A DNA stretch of 64,000 nt. Source: Phoronis australis. Taxonomy: Eukaryota > Animalia > Phoronida. Each line of letters begins with the position of its first letter. Position 1 is the stretch's first letter. The notes under the pieces were generated by a model. It searched no databases, was not told the DNA's origin, and was given only the letters and a program-made list of their open reading frames with translations. Location of the stretch: assembly GCA_002633005.1 (NCBI GenBank), contig NMRA01000045.1, positions 1,233,552-1,297,551 on the forward strand, written 5' to 3'. Position numbers and translations under genes: made by a program. This document shows, piece after piece, positions 63,723 through 64,000 of the stretch.

Positions 63723-64000
63723 GTAAGTTATATGAGAGCTTATGTATAGCCGAAAATGGTTTAAACTTGTCTTGGGCAGCTGTGAGTAAATGGCCACTCA
63801 AAATGCACTAGTTTTCTAATTGGTCGATATCGGTGTCACACTTGGCTAATTGTGAATAGATCGTCAAAATTAAAGGGTCGGTACTAGAATTAGTAAGACG
63901 TAAAGGATACGATGGTAGCCGATTGTTTACGCAATCTGATAATTCACTGCGTGATACATGTATGGTACCCACAGGCTGTCATGGCAATCAATACTTTCTT

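Overview
Eukaryotic, intron-rich animal genomic DNA, probably an invertebrate (inference). From 7.1 to 31.5 kb on the + strand lies a full-length eIF4G gene (eIF4G1/3 type). I reconstructed 29 coding exons (E1-E29) with consistent GT-AG phases, giving about 1,474 aa with the PABP-binding motif, the eIF4E-binding YxxxxLL motif, and MIF4G, MA3 and W2 domains. Two of its introns host box C/D snoRNAs (U80/snR60-like and U54-like). After a nest of transposons at 32.7-40 kb come two chimeric loci in which a RING/TRIM E3-ligase module is joined to DNA-level, intron-retaining copies of eIF4G exons. Locus A (42.6-54.9 kb) is a RING-Bbox-coiled-coil exon followed by phase-compatible copies of E12, E3, E4, E5 and E6, ending with the PABP-binding motif. 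Locus B (60.9 kb to beyond the window end) is a RING fused in frame, within one exon, to the 3' part of eIF4G E9 and followed by a copy of E10 carrying YDREFLL. These RING/TRIM-eIF4G fusions are the main finding; their expression and function are not demonstrated. The rest is MITEs and other DNA transposons, a LINE fragment, microsatellites and one N gap.
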